Shown here: one piece after another, positions 12,451 to 25,700 of the stretch | Position numbering within the stretch: position 1 is the stretch's first letter | How the letters are laid out: every line of letters begins with the position of its first letter | Origin: Antedon mediterranea | Lineage: Eukaryota; Animalia; Echinodermata | DNA: 64,000 nt | Assembly: GCF_964355755.1 (NCBI RefSeq) | Contig: NC_092675.1 | Span: 20,866,912 to 20,930,911 of the forward strand | Direction of reading: 5' to 3' | The notes under the pieces: model-generated | The model's input: the letters and a program-made list of their open reading frames with translations, nothing else | What the model was told of the DNA's origin: nothing | Databases searched by the model: none | Made by a program: the position numbers and the translations under genes

Positions 12451-12635
12451 TTGTTTTGGGGTACCGGTATTCTCAAGAGAGGGCGCTACTCTACTTTGCA
12501 GAATTAGCATGTACTTTTCTGTAAATTTAAAAAAGTTACTACTTATGGGAGTATAATCAGTAGATGATGGTTGCTTGTACAAATGGATGTTTGACATACT
12601 TTTTAGATGTGTGCTCTATAGTAATGTTTTAATAT

Positions 12636-13191
12636 CTATCTAGGCAATTAGTTCATCCATTGTTGAATGAAGCCCTCCTCATAACATTTCCATTTCTGTC
12701 TAATTCTTGCTGTCCTAGTCCATGCAGCCGTTCCAATGTATGTTGTTAGATCATCTCTCCACCTTCTTTTTTGTCTTCCTCTTTTCCTCTTTCCTACCCT
12801 TGGTTGCCATTCTGTTAATCTGTATGTCCATCTATTATCTTGAAATCTCGCCACATGCCCAGCCCATCTCCATTTTGATTGTCTTACTTTCTCCATTATA
12901 TCTGTAACACCTGTCTTTTTTCTTATGATTGTATGATTTACCCTGTCTCGAAGCGATAAGTTCATCATCTTCCTTTCCATTGCTCTTTGAGTAGTTGTAA
13001 GTTTCTGTTCAAGTTCCTTTGTTATTGCCCATGTCTCTGAACCATATGTCATACTTGATAGCACAAATTGGTTAAATAATTTCTTTCTCAGTGACATTGG
13101 TATACTCTTGTCAGTCAACATGTGTTTGTGTCTGCCAAAATTCATCCATCCTGCTTTTATTCTTAACATAACTTCTTCCTTCGTGGTGTCT
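12636..13191 (-). mobile_element. 5'-truncated RTE-clade non-LTR retrotransposon with 14-bp TSD
   Basis: Identical TAATGTTTTAATAT at 12622-12635 and 13192-13205; short TAGA-type tail after the stop codon; ORF with RTE C-terminal motifs. Confidence 0.92.
12648..13190 (-). pseudogene. C-terminal fragment of RTE ORF (post-RT region), uninterrupted but 5'-truncated
   Basis: EEVMLRIKAGW..F, YGSETW, QRAMERKM, KWRWAGHVAR, RWT..EWQPR.GKRKRGRQKRRWRDDL and EGFIQQW are typical of the RTE/BovB-like ORF end. The frame is open up to the truncation point. Confidence 0.88.
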
Positions 13192-13242
13192 TAATGTTTT
13201 AATATACACTTGTATAATTTCAAACGGCGGATTTACCGGCAC

Positions 13243-13578
13243 TGGCCCGGGCGCGATATTTATTTTCGTACATAAGTTGGGGACCCCTCATGAAACGTCA
13301 CAAAAGAAACATGAATATTATATTCATTAGTCATATTTAAAGGTGTTACATAAGAAATGAGCTAAGCACAATTCGCTAATGCTATCGAGCCGTCTGTTTA
13401 GTCGAGTGGATTAGACTATGGACTTTACATGTCGATGTATGGGGGTCGAATCCCATGAGAAACTTCTTTTTACTTTATAGTGAGATAGAAATTATTTAGA
13501 GAGTTATGGTTAGGAAGTAGTCTTTCTCATAAGGGGTCCCCAGCTTATGTACGAAAAAAAAAATCTCGGCCCGGGCCA
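13243..13578. mobile_element. TIR element (~50-bp inverted ends) carrying a tRNA-like cassette
   Basis: TGGCCCGGGC..GAT.TTT.TTTTCGTACATAAG.TGGGGACCCCT.ATGA inverted at both ends; no clear TSD. Confidence 0.75.
13392..13463 (+). pseudogene. tRNA-derived sequence (Pol III A/B boxes), not a functional tRNA
   Basis: A box TAGTCGAGTGG (13399-13409) with D-stem GTC/GAC; B box GGGTCGAATCC (13443-13453) with T-stem ATGGG/CCCAT; acceptor and anticodon stems broken. Confidence 0.6.
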
Positions 13579-16500
13579 CAAAATTAGATAATACGAACGT
13601 TAACAGAAATATACATTTTATAAAATAGGTTAATTTAGATAATAAACTATGTATTCTCAATTGTTTGTAATTAAGCGTGTCGCTACATCTTAAAATAGTG
13701 GGCTTTGATCCCATTGGTCATTTCAATAACTGAACGTACTGTTATCTGTCAATACACAAATATTAAAAAACATATTGACAGCTAAATACTAGAAACGACC
13801 AAAGGTAGGGGGCTATATCAGCAAACGTCCCAAGGTCGTGTTGTCGCCATTGCCTAATTACGTCAATTGCGATTTAGTATTTTGTAGGCCTAATTAATAC
13901 TAAAAGGATATAGTTATATGAGACGCAGACGATTAATTTTGATGACCCATGGGCTTCAAAATGTCATCTTAAAACATTACAGACAATTATGACGAAAATA
14001 GCACAACTTTAGTAGCTCCTGGCACAATATTAAAGAATTAATTATGATAATATCATAAACGATTTGGAGCAATTTAAGAACGAAGAATGGCATATGGAAA
14101 ATAGAAATATATAGTTTGGCAACAGGCCTGCTTAGTAACAAGATTGTCAGTCTAAATTCAAATGAATGGGACAAACAAAATTAATGTCTTTCAGAATATA
14201 CAGTAGCAAACATTATATATTAATATACAGTATAAGGTTTGTTTACTCGAAAACGGAGACTGTGTTAGTCTTATGGAAAATGTAATTCCGCCCTCTATTT
14301 GTGATCGAAAGTTTTGTTGGGCGGTACACTACAGGTGCACGTTTCTGCATCAGTATCTGTGTGTACTATACTGATAGCAGTAATAGTATACAGTACTGCT
14401 ATTCAAACATCATAAAACCACTTCAACAAGAGATCTATGAGACGGTAACTAAACGTACGTCGGATTATTTGTGGAATATAGCGAATACCATGAAGTAAAA
14501 TGAAGCATCAAAATCACATTATTTGTTTTTCTTTTACTGGAGATTACATTGGAGTAGGCCAACAGTAGCTCTTAACATTTAATTAAAGAGTTTGCTTAAA
14601 GTTTTATACACTAAATCATTTGAAATGTTAATTATAGACATAGCACATAAATATGCATTGATCTTCTTTAGGTAATAATAATAATAGACATTTTTGATAC
14701 ATAACAGCAACACCGCCATCTACTGTCTAAAGATTGTAAAAAACTACTATATTTCTATAATAAATTACACAAATGATTTATGATGTGTAGACCAACCATA
14801 TATGGTTATAAACCAGCTTTTCAAATTAAAAACTACTTAGTCCAAGACCATGTATAAATTTAAAAGTGATTGATCGTCGACTCCGGCATCCGAATATAGT
14901 CCCGATAGGGGGTTTCCCTTGCCTATGATCTGCGATACATTTCAAAGCTATTGAAAAGAAAATCGTATTCAGGTCATGAGTGTTTTGATAGGCCTAATTT
15001 ACAAGCAAAACAACCTACCTCAGTTTTTTCCCTACTGGCCCTGGTCCTTCATTCGACATATTTTAAAACGACGATCACTAACACTTTCTTATGGCCTGTA
15101 ATATTCCTACCTATATAGGAGATAGGATGATTGCCTTCGAATAAACTCAAGAGGAGACATAAATATTTTCCTCGAAATATTTAAATTGTATCGTGTAAAT
15201 TTACTGTAATATTTTGAATTATTTAACATAATAATAGTGACGATAAAAAATAAAAATTGTCATTAAATCGGTCAAACTTGGCGTTCATTCTAAAACTGAA
15301 ATCTTCATGTTCAAAAGGAAGTGGTTATAGTAGTAGTTGACAGGTTAAGATGTAAAGGTGCGGCACACCTGAGCATGAGTCATTAGGCGGGAAATGTTGC
15401 TTTTTCCCGGCTAAGAAAAATGTAATACGGAAATAATCCAGCCAGCCTGGTACAAACAGCAGCCTGCTTATACAGACACTATGAGAAACAACAGGACAAA
15501 CGATAAAATGTCACTAGCGAGCGTATTAGATATGGAGTAAGATATTCTCTGGATCGTGATTTTAGAACTTAATTCATACTATGAAATTCATTAAATAAAG
15601 TCAATGATGAAATCAAGACGAAATCGTTAGGTTAAAATGTGGAATATGCTTAAGAATCATGATTAAACATATGCCTTGGTAATATTATTTCATATTATAT
15701 TAGATTTTATAGATTCACATACAATGTTGGCCCTATAATAGTAGGGAGCACTAAAATACAAGCGACCGATCAACTTCTGCTTGCGATTAGTCAACTTTAG
15801 AACTTAAAAACAAAATATTATACCTATTATTTCAATTCATTTTTTAATTTACTGTATGTAGAATGAATAATATACCTAGGCCTATATAATTCTCAAAGAA
15901 TTATTTTAACTGTTTTCGAGTTTATTTTATAAGGAAATTAGGAAGATAATCGCACAAAAATATCTTGTTTACATTATCCAATATGTTTAAATATTATTAA
16001 ACTCAACAGCTGTTATGATTAGTATCTTGTCACGTCACATTTTACTTTACAAATTAATAATTCTATTGAAAGCGTGTGAGGGTAAAATTTGAGAACTGTA
16101 TTTGAGGGGTTGTAAACGTCTATGCCACATGCAAGATTTGAACTCGTATCTTTTGGTAACTATAGGCCTAATAGTCGTACTATTAGACCGTTGCCCAGTG
16201 AGTCTTTCGATATTGCTCGAACATTATGATGGTCAATACAAGCCGTTGTGACGTTGATCGTGTAGGCGAAAGGTCTTAGGTTCGAGTCCCAAGTGAACCT
16301 ACTCACCATCATTTCCTCTTGCATTGCATTATGTAGTTAAACTGTCTTCAGAATTAATCATGTCCATTTCAGATCACAGTTGGGCTTACCATATAATGCA
16401 TGTGATAAATAAATCTGTAAGTTATTTTTGTCCTTTCTCGTACGCGACACAAACGACCGCGTTCTTTATTATTTCAATTATTTCTGGATATTTCTCTCCA

Positions 16501-17916
16501 TGACTTACATTATATTATATTTTAATTATTTTTTAAAAATCATTAATTATACAAGAAAAAAATGCCTGTACATTATTTTAATTTCAACTGTATTCAAATT
16601 TTTGTTCAGTATCATATCAGTAGGCCTATCTGTGATACAGACTCGCATGTTTTACTTGTGATGCCTGTATCATAGACCCTGACCGATACCGTAACTACCT
16701 TCCACGATACAAGCACCCCATGGGATGCTGTATTACGGAGTTTGCCTATGATACTCGACAAATTAATACTTTCATATAGGCATATTGGCCAATATTTAAA
16801 CTCAACAAGTGACCTGAATAAAACTATAACTATAAAGGTCAGAGCTAATGGTATTAATATTATCTGTTAGATATAATACCATTAAAATAATATTGATACA
16901 AGTCAAAGTATATTTCCTTTGAAATATGACCTATATGTATTAGAATTTTTAAACAGGAAATTATAAAATAGAAATAAATGACGCAATTTGAAATGTATAT
17001 ATACACACACGAATAAAACCTGTTACATGTTATACATTATTTAAATGCATAAGATTTTCCGAGATAAGACATTTCTTCATTTCAATGGGCCTATATTATT
17101 AAAAGTCTACATTGCACATTGTACAACCTGCTGTTATTGCAGGTAATAATTTTATATCAGAGTGCCGCTTATATGGATAAACCAACTATTTGAATGAAAA
17201 ATACGGAAAAAAGAATCTTTGGTTGAACACCCTATTTGAAAATTGGAAAATCCGCAAACCGCACTCCTCTTTGGTATCCGAGCGTAAACAAGGCGTCATC
17301 AATTCTTATCCAGGTTAGGTAAGAACGAAATCGACTCATACTATTCATATCTTGAACAAGACATCGTTAACCACCGAGAAATGGCAGATATCTTTAAATG
17401 AAGTAAGAAATACCAGGATGCCTTTTAATCCACCGATGAATAAATCAGACCAACACTGATTGAGAAAAGAGGAAAATTAAATAAAAAGATATAGAAGGTA
17501 TTATATAATGTTTGTACTGTATCATCACGATCAGGCCTTTTATGTTGACGATCGATGAGAATTGGCTAAACGAGTGATTGTAAATGAACTGCACGTTCTA
17601 CTAGTTGCGGTTAAAAACAATAAGGGTGGGAATGGGGAGGTGGGAAGAGTTCCCCTCTATTGTGTATTTCTAGATTCTGAAATATACAATAGCATAATAA
17701 TAGCATACGAATACATATATTATCGACATTGTTTATTAAGTTTACTTAATAGACTGTACAATGAATTAGAACTCTTAGATAAAATACCAAATAGCACCCG
17801 AGGTAATTTGCACGTTTCTTTGTGGTTAATACAAAAGCCCAACAATCGCAGGCCTTAGGTATTTTGACAATGATAATAAATAGCAAATAATGATGATGAT
17901 TCACGTAAGGGTGGAA

Positions 17917-17928
17917 GGGGAATTCCCC
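17917..17928. promoter_or_regulatory. Palindromic NF-kappaB consensus site
   Basis: GGGGAATTCCCC, a perfect 12-bp kB palindrome in AT-rich sequence; function unproven. Confidence 0.4.
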
Positions 17929-18143
17929 AGGTATACCAATTGTTTCAAAGAACTAAACGAGGGAAATATCAAAGGTGAAAGTTTATATTTAAAAGGGTGA
18001 TAATATCCTGTATTGTACCAATTGCGGAATTTACACTTGCCATGCCCTGTGTTCTAATACTCTACTACTAAGAACAGATCTTGACAAACGAAAAACAACA
18101 AATTATAGCGCAGATAATCCTGCAATATAAACGATTATTATTT

Positions 18144-18222
18144 AACGCAACGAAGATAGGCAAACGTACACGCAACCAATCACAAGCGACAGTTATGATG
18201 ATACGTCGCTTGTGATTGGTTA
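18144..18222. mobile_element. Degenerate MITE family B-related core
   Basis: Inverted pair AACCAATCACAAGCGAC ... GTCGCTTGTGATTGGTT. Confidence 0.6.
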
Positions 18223-19151
18223 AATTATTTGTTTCTCTACGCATGTGCTTTTCGTAATCAGATTACGAGAAAATTTAGGCTACACATTGTGGTGAAGATG
18301 AAGATTTAAATAGCACATTACAACATTTATGTGTAAATAAGTATGTTTTTTGATTAACATAAAATTACGTGTTAGCCAGATGTCTTTACAATACTATAAA
18401 GACTAATTGTTATATTATACCATCTGCTCAGATGAATTATCATACAAAAGAAAATGTTGTTATAAACCGGTGGACAAAAAGCAAAGGTTTTAACTTATAG
18501 TTTAAACACTACACCACGACGTTGAGAACTGACATATGTGTGTATTTCATAAATTGATAATAAAGCACCGGAGTAGTACGACTCACAGGCTTTTATTTGG
18601 CTGAAATATTAAAGAAAGAATGTCAAGTTAATGAAAATACACAATGCCTTAATTAAAATGTATACACATTGATATAAAAGGAAACATCAACAAAATAATT
18701 TTCCATACATTTCCAACATAACAGCCTTCATGCTATCATAAAACAACTTTCTAAAGAAACACGTGAGCAATCAAATAGAGCGGACCAAATTCACCCGGGA
18801 ACAACTAAACACAACCTTCAGACCAATGAAACAATCCAATATAACCATCACAATAATAGCCAATCTACAATGAACCACTTTCTAAGGAAACAGTCAAGCA
18901 ACAAACCAAATTTACCAAGGAAACCGGACAACATAATCAAACAAACCGATAAAACCACCAAAGGCAAACAAACTAGGCATTATTATTCCAAGTTAATACA
19001 AACTACCAAATAACCAGATAAATGTATCAACAATATAAACATTCCGTAATTGCATAACTATTTTTTAAATATAGAAAGCGTAATGTAATTAACAAAGAAT
19101 GTAGGCCCCTATACATATTATTTGAAACCGTCAACGCCCTCTAACCGTAAT

Positions 19152-19301
19152 GCTTGGTTCCCACTAGAGACGCAACACAAGGACGTTACGCAACGTAAGT
19201 TAGTTGACCAATCACAAGCGATGGATTATTCGAACTATCGCTTGTTCATTTGTCAACTTTGCGTTTACGTCTTTGCGTTACGTCGTAATGGGAAACAACC
19301 T
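19152..19301. mobile_element. Palindromic MITE family B copy
   Basis: GCTTGGTTCCCACTAGAGACGCAACACAAGGACG...GACCAATCACAAGCGATGG aligns with 34964-35144. Confidence 0.8.
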
Positions 19302-21578
19302 AAAGCTCCGGTAAGCGCCCGATAATCAAAGCCCTATTGCGCTAAGGTATGCAGTAGTGAATAACCCTCGGGAGGAAGGTAGATCTTGAAGGGTGTAATT
19401 GTATAATCCCAAATAAAATAGGATACGATAGATGTAGGTCGACCAGGATTTGCAGTAACAGTACCAAAGAAAGATTATAGTCACTGAAACATTTCCTCAC
19501 ATAATGGCACGGAATATTAAAATTTACAATTCAATCAGTTTTGTATTTTATCGCAACAAACAATCCCGTGTGCACTGTGAGTTTAGATAACATAATAATA
19601 ATAACTAATATATAATAAACAGGGATGCGTGAAAATGAGCAATTCAAGAAAACAAACAAACAGGTGATCACACACTTCATCATTGAAAGTAATAGACACA
19701 CATAAGCATCTATAAAGATTATCGGATGACAGAGAAGAAATTAGAATCAAGAGATGGAACAAATTCGCATATGGAAACTATGGGCCTAAAGTCCCTCTTT
19801 TTCTATAGAATCTTCTCCAACTAAACCCTGGATTCGTCCGAGATTACACAGAAGTGAAGGGAGCAGTCGAGGTGAGTCGAAGATGGGGTTAGATGAGAGA
19901 TATTAGTGTCAACTCTATACTGAACTTTAAGAAAATGTGAAGATTATTTCTATACCATAACCAGTATGATACCTGTTATGTCATTCTCTTTTTACTTTAT
20001 GTGACCCATCATACACCAATATACCGTATATCATATTTTCTTACAGTATATCAGAAGATCTTTATTTTCCTTATTTGTATACAAAGATAAGAACATTTGA
20101 TCAAAGTGTACGTTAAAATCGACTAACCACGCTCATTCAATAAAACACAATAAATGTATTCCTTACGGTTCTAAACCTTTTATTATACAGAAGTACAATG
20201 CGGTTATGGGTACTAAGAAAGCAACTAAACGAGTACTTAAAGATATGATCCCGGCATCCGTTAATTTAGAAATCAGTAAAGCGATTTAATCAAAAGCCTA
20301 AAGTTATTGTATATCTACAACCTACACAACCGTCAACATGCGTCAAGATAACGCAACAAGTCTTATATCTTAACATTTGATTACGATTATGAATAGAGAG
20401 TGATTAACTTATAACTAGAATATTAATGGAAAGGATTTCGTCCACCCAGTGGGCCTAGTGGGCTTAGCCAGCATGCCAATTAGATCGAGCGAACTGAGTT
20501 GCTTATCTCTCTTATTTTACCTCTCCAGATGGTGCAGCCTAAATTGTATTGAAGTAAGAGATGTTGACGGAAGCACTGAAACCAGGCGAACATTTCAAAG
20601 AAGAGGAGAGGTAGGCCAACATAAGAGGTACGAAAGCACGATGCTGTTAGCAGTGTAAGACCAAATCATGGGAGATGAATTGTATCAACCGAAGTTCTGT
20701 CATGTTAACTATTTTTCAACAGCAAGTTTTTCTACGATTCTTCAGATTTCGCAGCTTCTTCGGATTGAAAAATTGTATACAAAAAAGAAAGGACACTATT
20801 ATTTAAAACAATTAGTAATACATACAACACGTTGTATGTTTGTATTTTTACATCGACTCTTTCAAACCTTTTATACCCCACGAGATTTATTCAATGTCGT
20901 ACACAAATTTTCCTTAACCACCTTAGGTTACTAACTAATTTATTCATTATCGCAAGTTATCGAAATATAAAAAACATACTATATTTAGTTACATAATCCA
21001 ATAGTACCCGCAAGTCACGTGAAAAATACAGACATTGGGGCTATTTTGATAGTTGGCATGGCCCGGTGAATCTAAATACAGCATATCTTTCTGATACTGT
21101 CTGAAAATGCATAATTCTCCATGGTCTGAAATAACTATAATGGTTTAACAAACTCATCAATTAAACTAAATTGCTGCATGTAAAGTCTTGGATAGATAAT
21201 AATTTGTGCAAATTGTATTTCATATTTACCCGAAAATCTATATTTTATGCTTTAAAAAAAGGCCCGAGAAAAGACCAGCTTTCGTTTTACTGATTTTGCC
21301 TCCCTGTTCAAATTTTATGAATAAAATAAATACAAACTCGTATTTGTAAAAAGAAAAGAGAGAAACCTTCAACGGCCCAAAGTGAACGACATAACAGAGA
21401 TGATAAAATATGGGATAATGAAGTGATTACAACCAAGATTTGAAACTTTTTTGTAGTGCCGATGCCATTTTTAGACCACCGATTATAATACTATTTTACA
21501 GTATTAACTTGAACAAACTTTTCACGTTGCATTTTTCTTTCTCAAAATAAAATCTAAATACGGTATCAGGTAATTGAG

Positions 21579-21626
21579 AATATATAATTGGGAATATATA
21601 ATTGGGAATATATATTGGGAATATAC
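21579..21626. repeat. Short tandem repeat, 14-bp unit x3
   Basis: Repeated unit AATATATAATTGGG. Confidence 0.85.
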
Positions 21627-22529
21627 ATTCCATTTTGTCTGAATTTATTCAGCTTGAATTTAGTATATTTTATATCGTCTACCAGTAAGTGCATAGAACC
21701 TAAACTTTTATTTACTTTTTGAAATCTAACAGCTGATTATTTCTCACGTTTGTCTTGCAAACAAAAGGTAGGAAACGTTGAATATCGTCTGGATACCCCG
21801 AATTTTGATTGTATTGGTGGAAACACATGACGTTTTCTATAAGGGCATGTCTAGTCAAAATAGTCTTTATATGGGTTTTTTGTTCTTATAAATATTAAAT
21901 GCATTGTTTAAATGTAGGCCTATGCTATTTATTCCAGATCGAATACGTAGCTTTATTCAATATGAATAATAACAATAACATACAATTATACACAATCGAA
22001 ATAACACGTTTCATGACTGGCACATAAAACATCTTAAATATCTTAAGTAGGCCTACTTAAATTATAGTATTTCATCCCGACTCCTGGCAGTTCCGTTTTG
22101 TAATTGTACAGTTTTACTGTTCTCATTCTACCACTAATAATAACGGCATCCATAATTTCAAAGTTTAAAATTGACAAATTACAAACTAGGGTGAATCTTC
22201 TTCATTAATATTTTCTTTCTTCGACAACAGCGTATGCAATTCTCAACAAATTTCAGTTTTGAAGAAAGAAATAAGACCATAAATTATATAGAAGAAGCAA
22301 TACATTAATTGATTTGTAATATTGAAACTAAATCAAGATCTCAACAATGTTGTAGACATTTTTAGACAAGATTTAACATACAGTTCGAAAGTGATTTATA
22401 GTCGAAAGTTCAGTAAAAAGTTATCATTTTTTTTAAAAATACGTTCGACTGTATATAGTATTTATTGTAATATTCACGTCGTTGAAATAATTTAATTAAA
22501 TATAAATTAATTATGGAAAAGTGGAAATG

Positions 22530-22770
22530 AGAGAAATGAATTGTTTTAGATATTAAATAATGAATTGTTGTAGGAAATTAACTAGATAAAAATGAGTTGA
22601 ATTGTGGGAAATTAATTTAGATAAAATGAATTGAATTAAGGGAAATTGATTTAGATAAAAATTAGTTAAATTGTCGGAAATTATTTTAGATAAACAAGAA
22701 ATGTAATTGTTGGAAATAAATCGAATTGGAAAATACATTGAATTGTAGAAATCAATTGAGTTGGGAAAGT
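22530..22770. repeat. Degenerate ~36-bp minisatellite
   Basis: Recurring GGAAATTAATTTAGATAAAATGA.TTGAATTG units. Confidence 0.7.
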
Positions 22771-25700
22771 AGGAACCTTGTCGAGATTAACATCTTGAAT
22801 TCGATCATAAAGAGATGTAGAAATTGTGTTTATTATTTCCATCCCCTGTCGCACTCCTTTTCCAAAACTATCTTGGCAATTATAGCAAATAATAAAGACG
22901 ATGATGTAATGCAATATACGGTAAACAACAATGTATGTGTTCTGCATCGCCTACCTTCGGAAAAGATCAGCCGGGTTACTATTTGGACATTGCAATTTCT
23001 TCTCTAGACTAAACATCCATACACCCTCTATAGCAATCTTATCATAGAAACTTTTTTTTGGTAGGCCTATTGCAGGCTAGATAGCAGTAAATGTAATATT
23101 TCGCAGATCAGGCTTTTAATTATCTGTTCATACTACTTTCACCTATTGCGGATACAATGTTACTTTAAAATGCTATGTTGCGACGAGTCTTCCCAACAGT
23201 GTTCACGTCAATGTTATATTATCAGTATCAACTCCTACATTCGAAAGAAATGATTTCATAATCATAACCTGCATGAGTCTCTCAGTGCAATCCAACACTC
23301 CCAAAGCCAGTTAAGTACACACATGGTTTATTTTATGCGGCTTTAGGGTTGGATACACGTATCCTTATTACGCTGAGCCAGGCTGATTCAGTTGGCGATG
23401 ATGGTTATAACGTAATCTACAAAATCAAGATAAATTACACACTGACAGCTCACGTAATATTGACATATCTGAATTGAGATCATCTATGTGTCTATGCCTC
23501 ATTTTCTGTTTATATTTTCCCTAGTTGCGTATTGAGATATTCCCGGTAGCAGAGCTGACACAAGTTTTGTAAGCCATTGGGGCATGGCAAATACGTCCAA
23601 ATTGACCTGTTTTGACCTCGTGACACGTGACAAGTCAGGCGGCAAAGGGGATTGTCAGCTAGTAGCAATGTGTCCCCCTTCTTACTGATTAGAATTAAGA
23701 CAGATTTCCCTGAGTTTTAAGTCGGCCTTCCTTGGCTGCCTTCACTGACACGTAAGGGACGTACAATTTTAATCCGCTGCTTTAATCGTTAAATAAATTT
23801 GGACTCAGTAGTCAACGCGCCACCTGGATAGAATGCACGTTTACAGTAGGGCCTACTAATACATCTCTATTTCGTGTGAGATGCTTATCAGTGGCTCAAT
23901 TCCAACATCTTGGTCTACATATGGACTTATCGCTTACAGAATTTTATTAATTAATCGCTTTAGATTCTTGTATAGGGCTATTGGACACGTTCTGCAATTT
24001 AGTAAAAGGATGTGCCCACTCTACGCACTTTACTGAGCTGACTTAAAAAGAAGAGTTAACATTTCGACAAAGCTGATTACTTTTTACATCAATAAACTAA
24101 AAACATGAGTCGAAAGTCGTATAAATTTGCATTGATGTGTTTTGTAACATACAAAAGCTCCATGAACGGTTTTGGCATAATAAGATTAATGCTAGTACAT
24201 TTAATTTTCTCGACCTTTTAAAGCTCATAGTGATTGTTATCATATATTTTTAGAATGTTATAGGCAGTCATAGACAAAGTAATGTTTAACTTAACGATCC
24301 GTTATGAATTAAAATATATTTAGTAAACACATTTTCGAAATTCTTTTAAAAAAACCGTGCGCTATCGTTTTTATTATGACTATAATTAATTTAACTACAT
24401 ATACATGGTCTCTTGGATCAGCAAAGCCTACAGAGACAAATGTAATAATTGAATTTAACGTTATTTCCAATTACTAATAACAAGACCACGTTTAAAAAAA
24501 ATGTATGCTAAAATGGTTATGTTAAGAAATGAATATGCTAGAATATGAATTATGTTAAGAAATGTATGGTAAAATGATTATGTTATAAAAAAAAGAACTG
24601 TGTTTAAGAAAATGAATACGAAATAATAATATGCTAAGTGAATGTGTTAAGAACGTAACATTTAAAGAAATGTACTGTATATGTTAAGATGAATATTATG
24701 AAATGAATATATTTTTAGTAATAAAAGAAAAAAAAAGACAAAGTTATGCCTAAACAAGATTTGTAAAAATGAAAAAGTGAAAAGTAAATCGTCAAATGGA
24801 TAAAAAAATAAACAAATAATACCGGTAATTATTAGGACGAACACGACCAAAGTCGTGCCAATTTGAGATTTCAATGCGTTTTATTTTCTTGACATGCATA
24901 GGCCTATAGTACGCCGTGCAATATTACCACTGATTTGAAATGTAGATTAAACGTATACGCCATTTTGTATATGTATGCCATACCATTAAACCACTAGGCC
25001 TACAGATTATAAAATGTAAGCGAACAAAGTTACGTACTGAGAAACCTGCTGCAGTCCTAAAAAGCCTATCAGCCATCATTAGAAAAGTTCACATTCATTT
25101 TGATTCGCGTTTGTGTCTTTTATGTGTAAACTGACTTTGGGGTTGGGTCCACCGGTTCAGCTACAGTGATTAAGTTTACTTCAACAAATTCTTTAAAATA
25201 CTCAATTTTCCACATATTTCCCCGTGCATGGGAGGAACTACCGGTAGAAATAAGGGATTCATTAATTTTAAATACAGGTATTAAGACTTTTATAAATAAG
25301 CTTCAAATATATTTTAAGTAAGATTTCGCTATGTATTGACGATTTTTAATGATATTGTAATATATTTTAATTTATTTTGATATAGTATTATATGCAATTT
25401 TAATGTTTAATACAAATTTTATTCTAAATGTTTTTTATACAATCAGTGCAATAGATAATGATTAAGTTCGCTTTTTAGGAATCCTGTCTCTGCCTGGTTT
25501 TGTGTGATGTTTTCTTGTTCATGTCCATGTTTTTTTATATTGTATTTTTATGAGACAAAAATAAATGAAATGAAAGTTGACTCTGGTCTCCCCAAATTCA
25601 TTTCTTTTATGACGGTATGTACTGAAATAGACCGAATAAATAATGAAATAAAGAAATGAAATGAAACACAGAATATATTTTCTTGTGAATGCACAGACGA

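Noticed and set aside
13392-13463. Functional tRNA gene
   Set aside because: The acceptor and anticodon stems do not pair, and it lies inside a TIR element.
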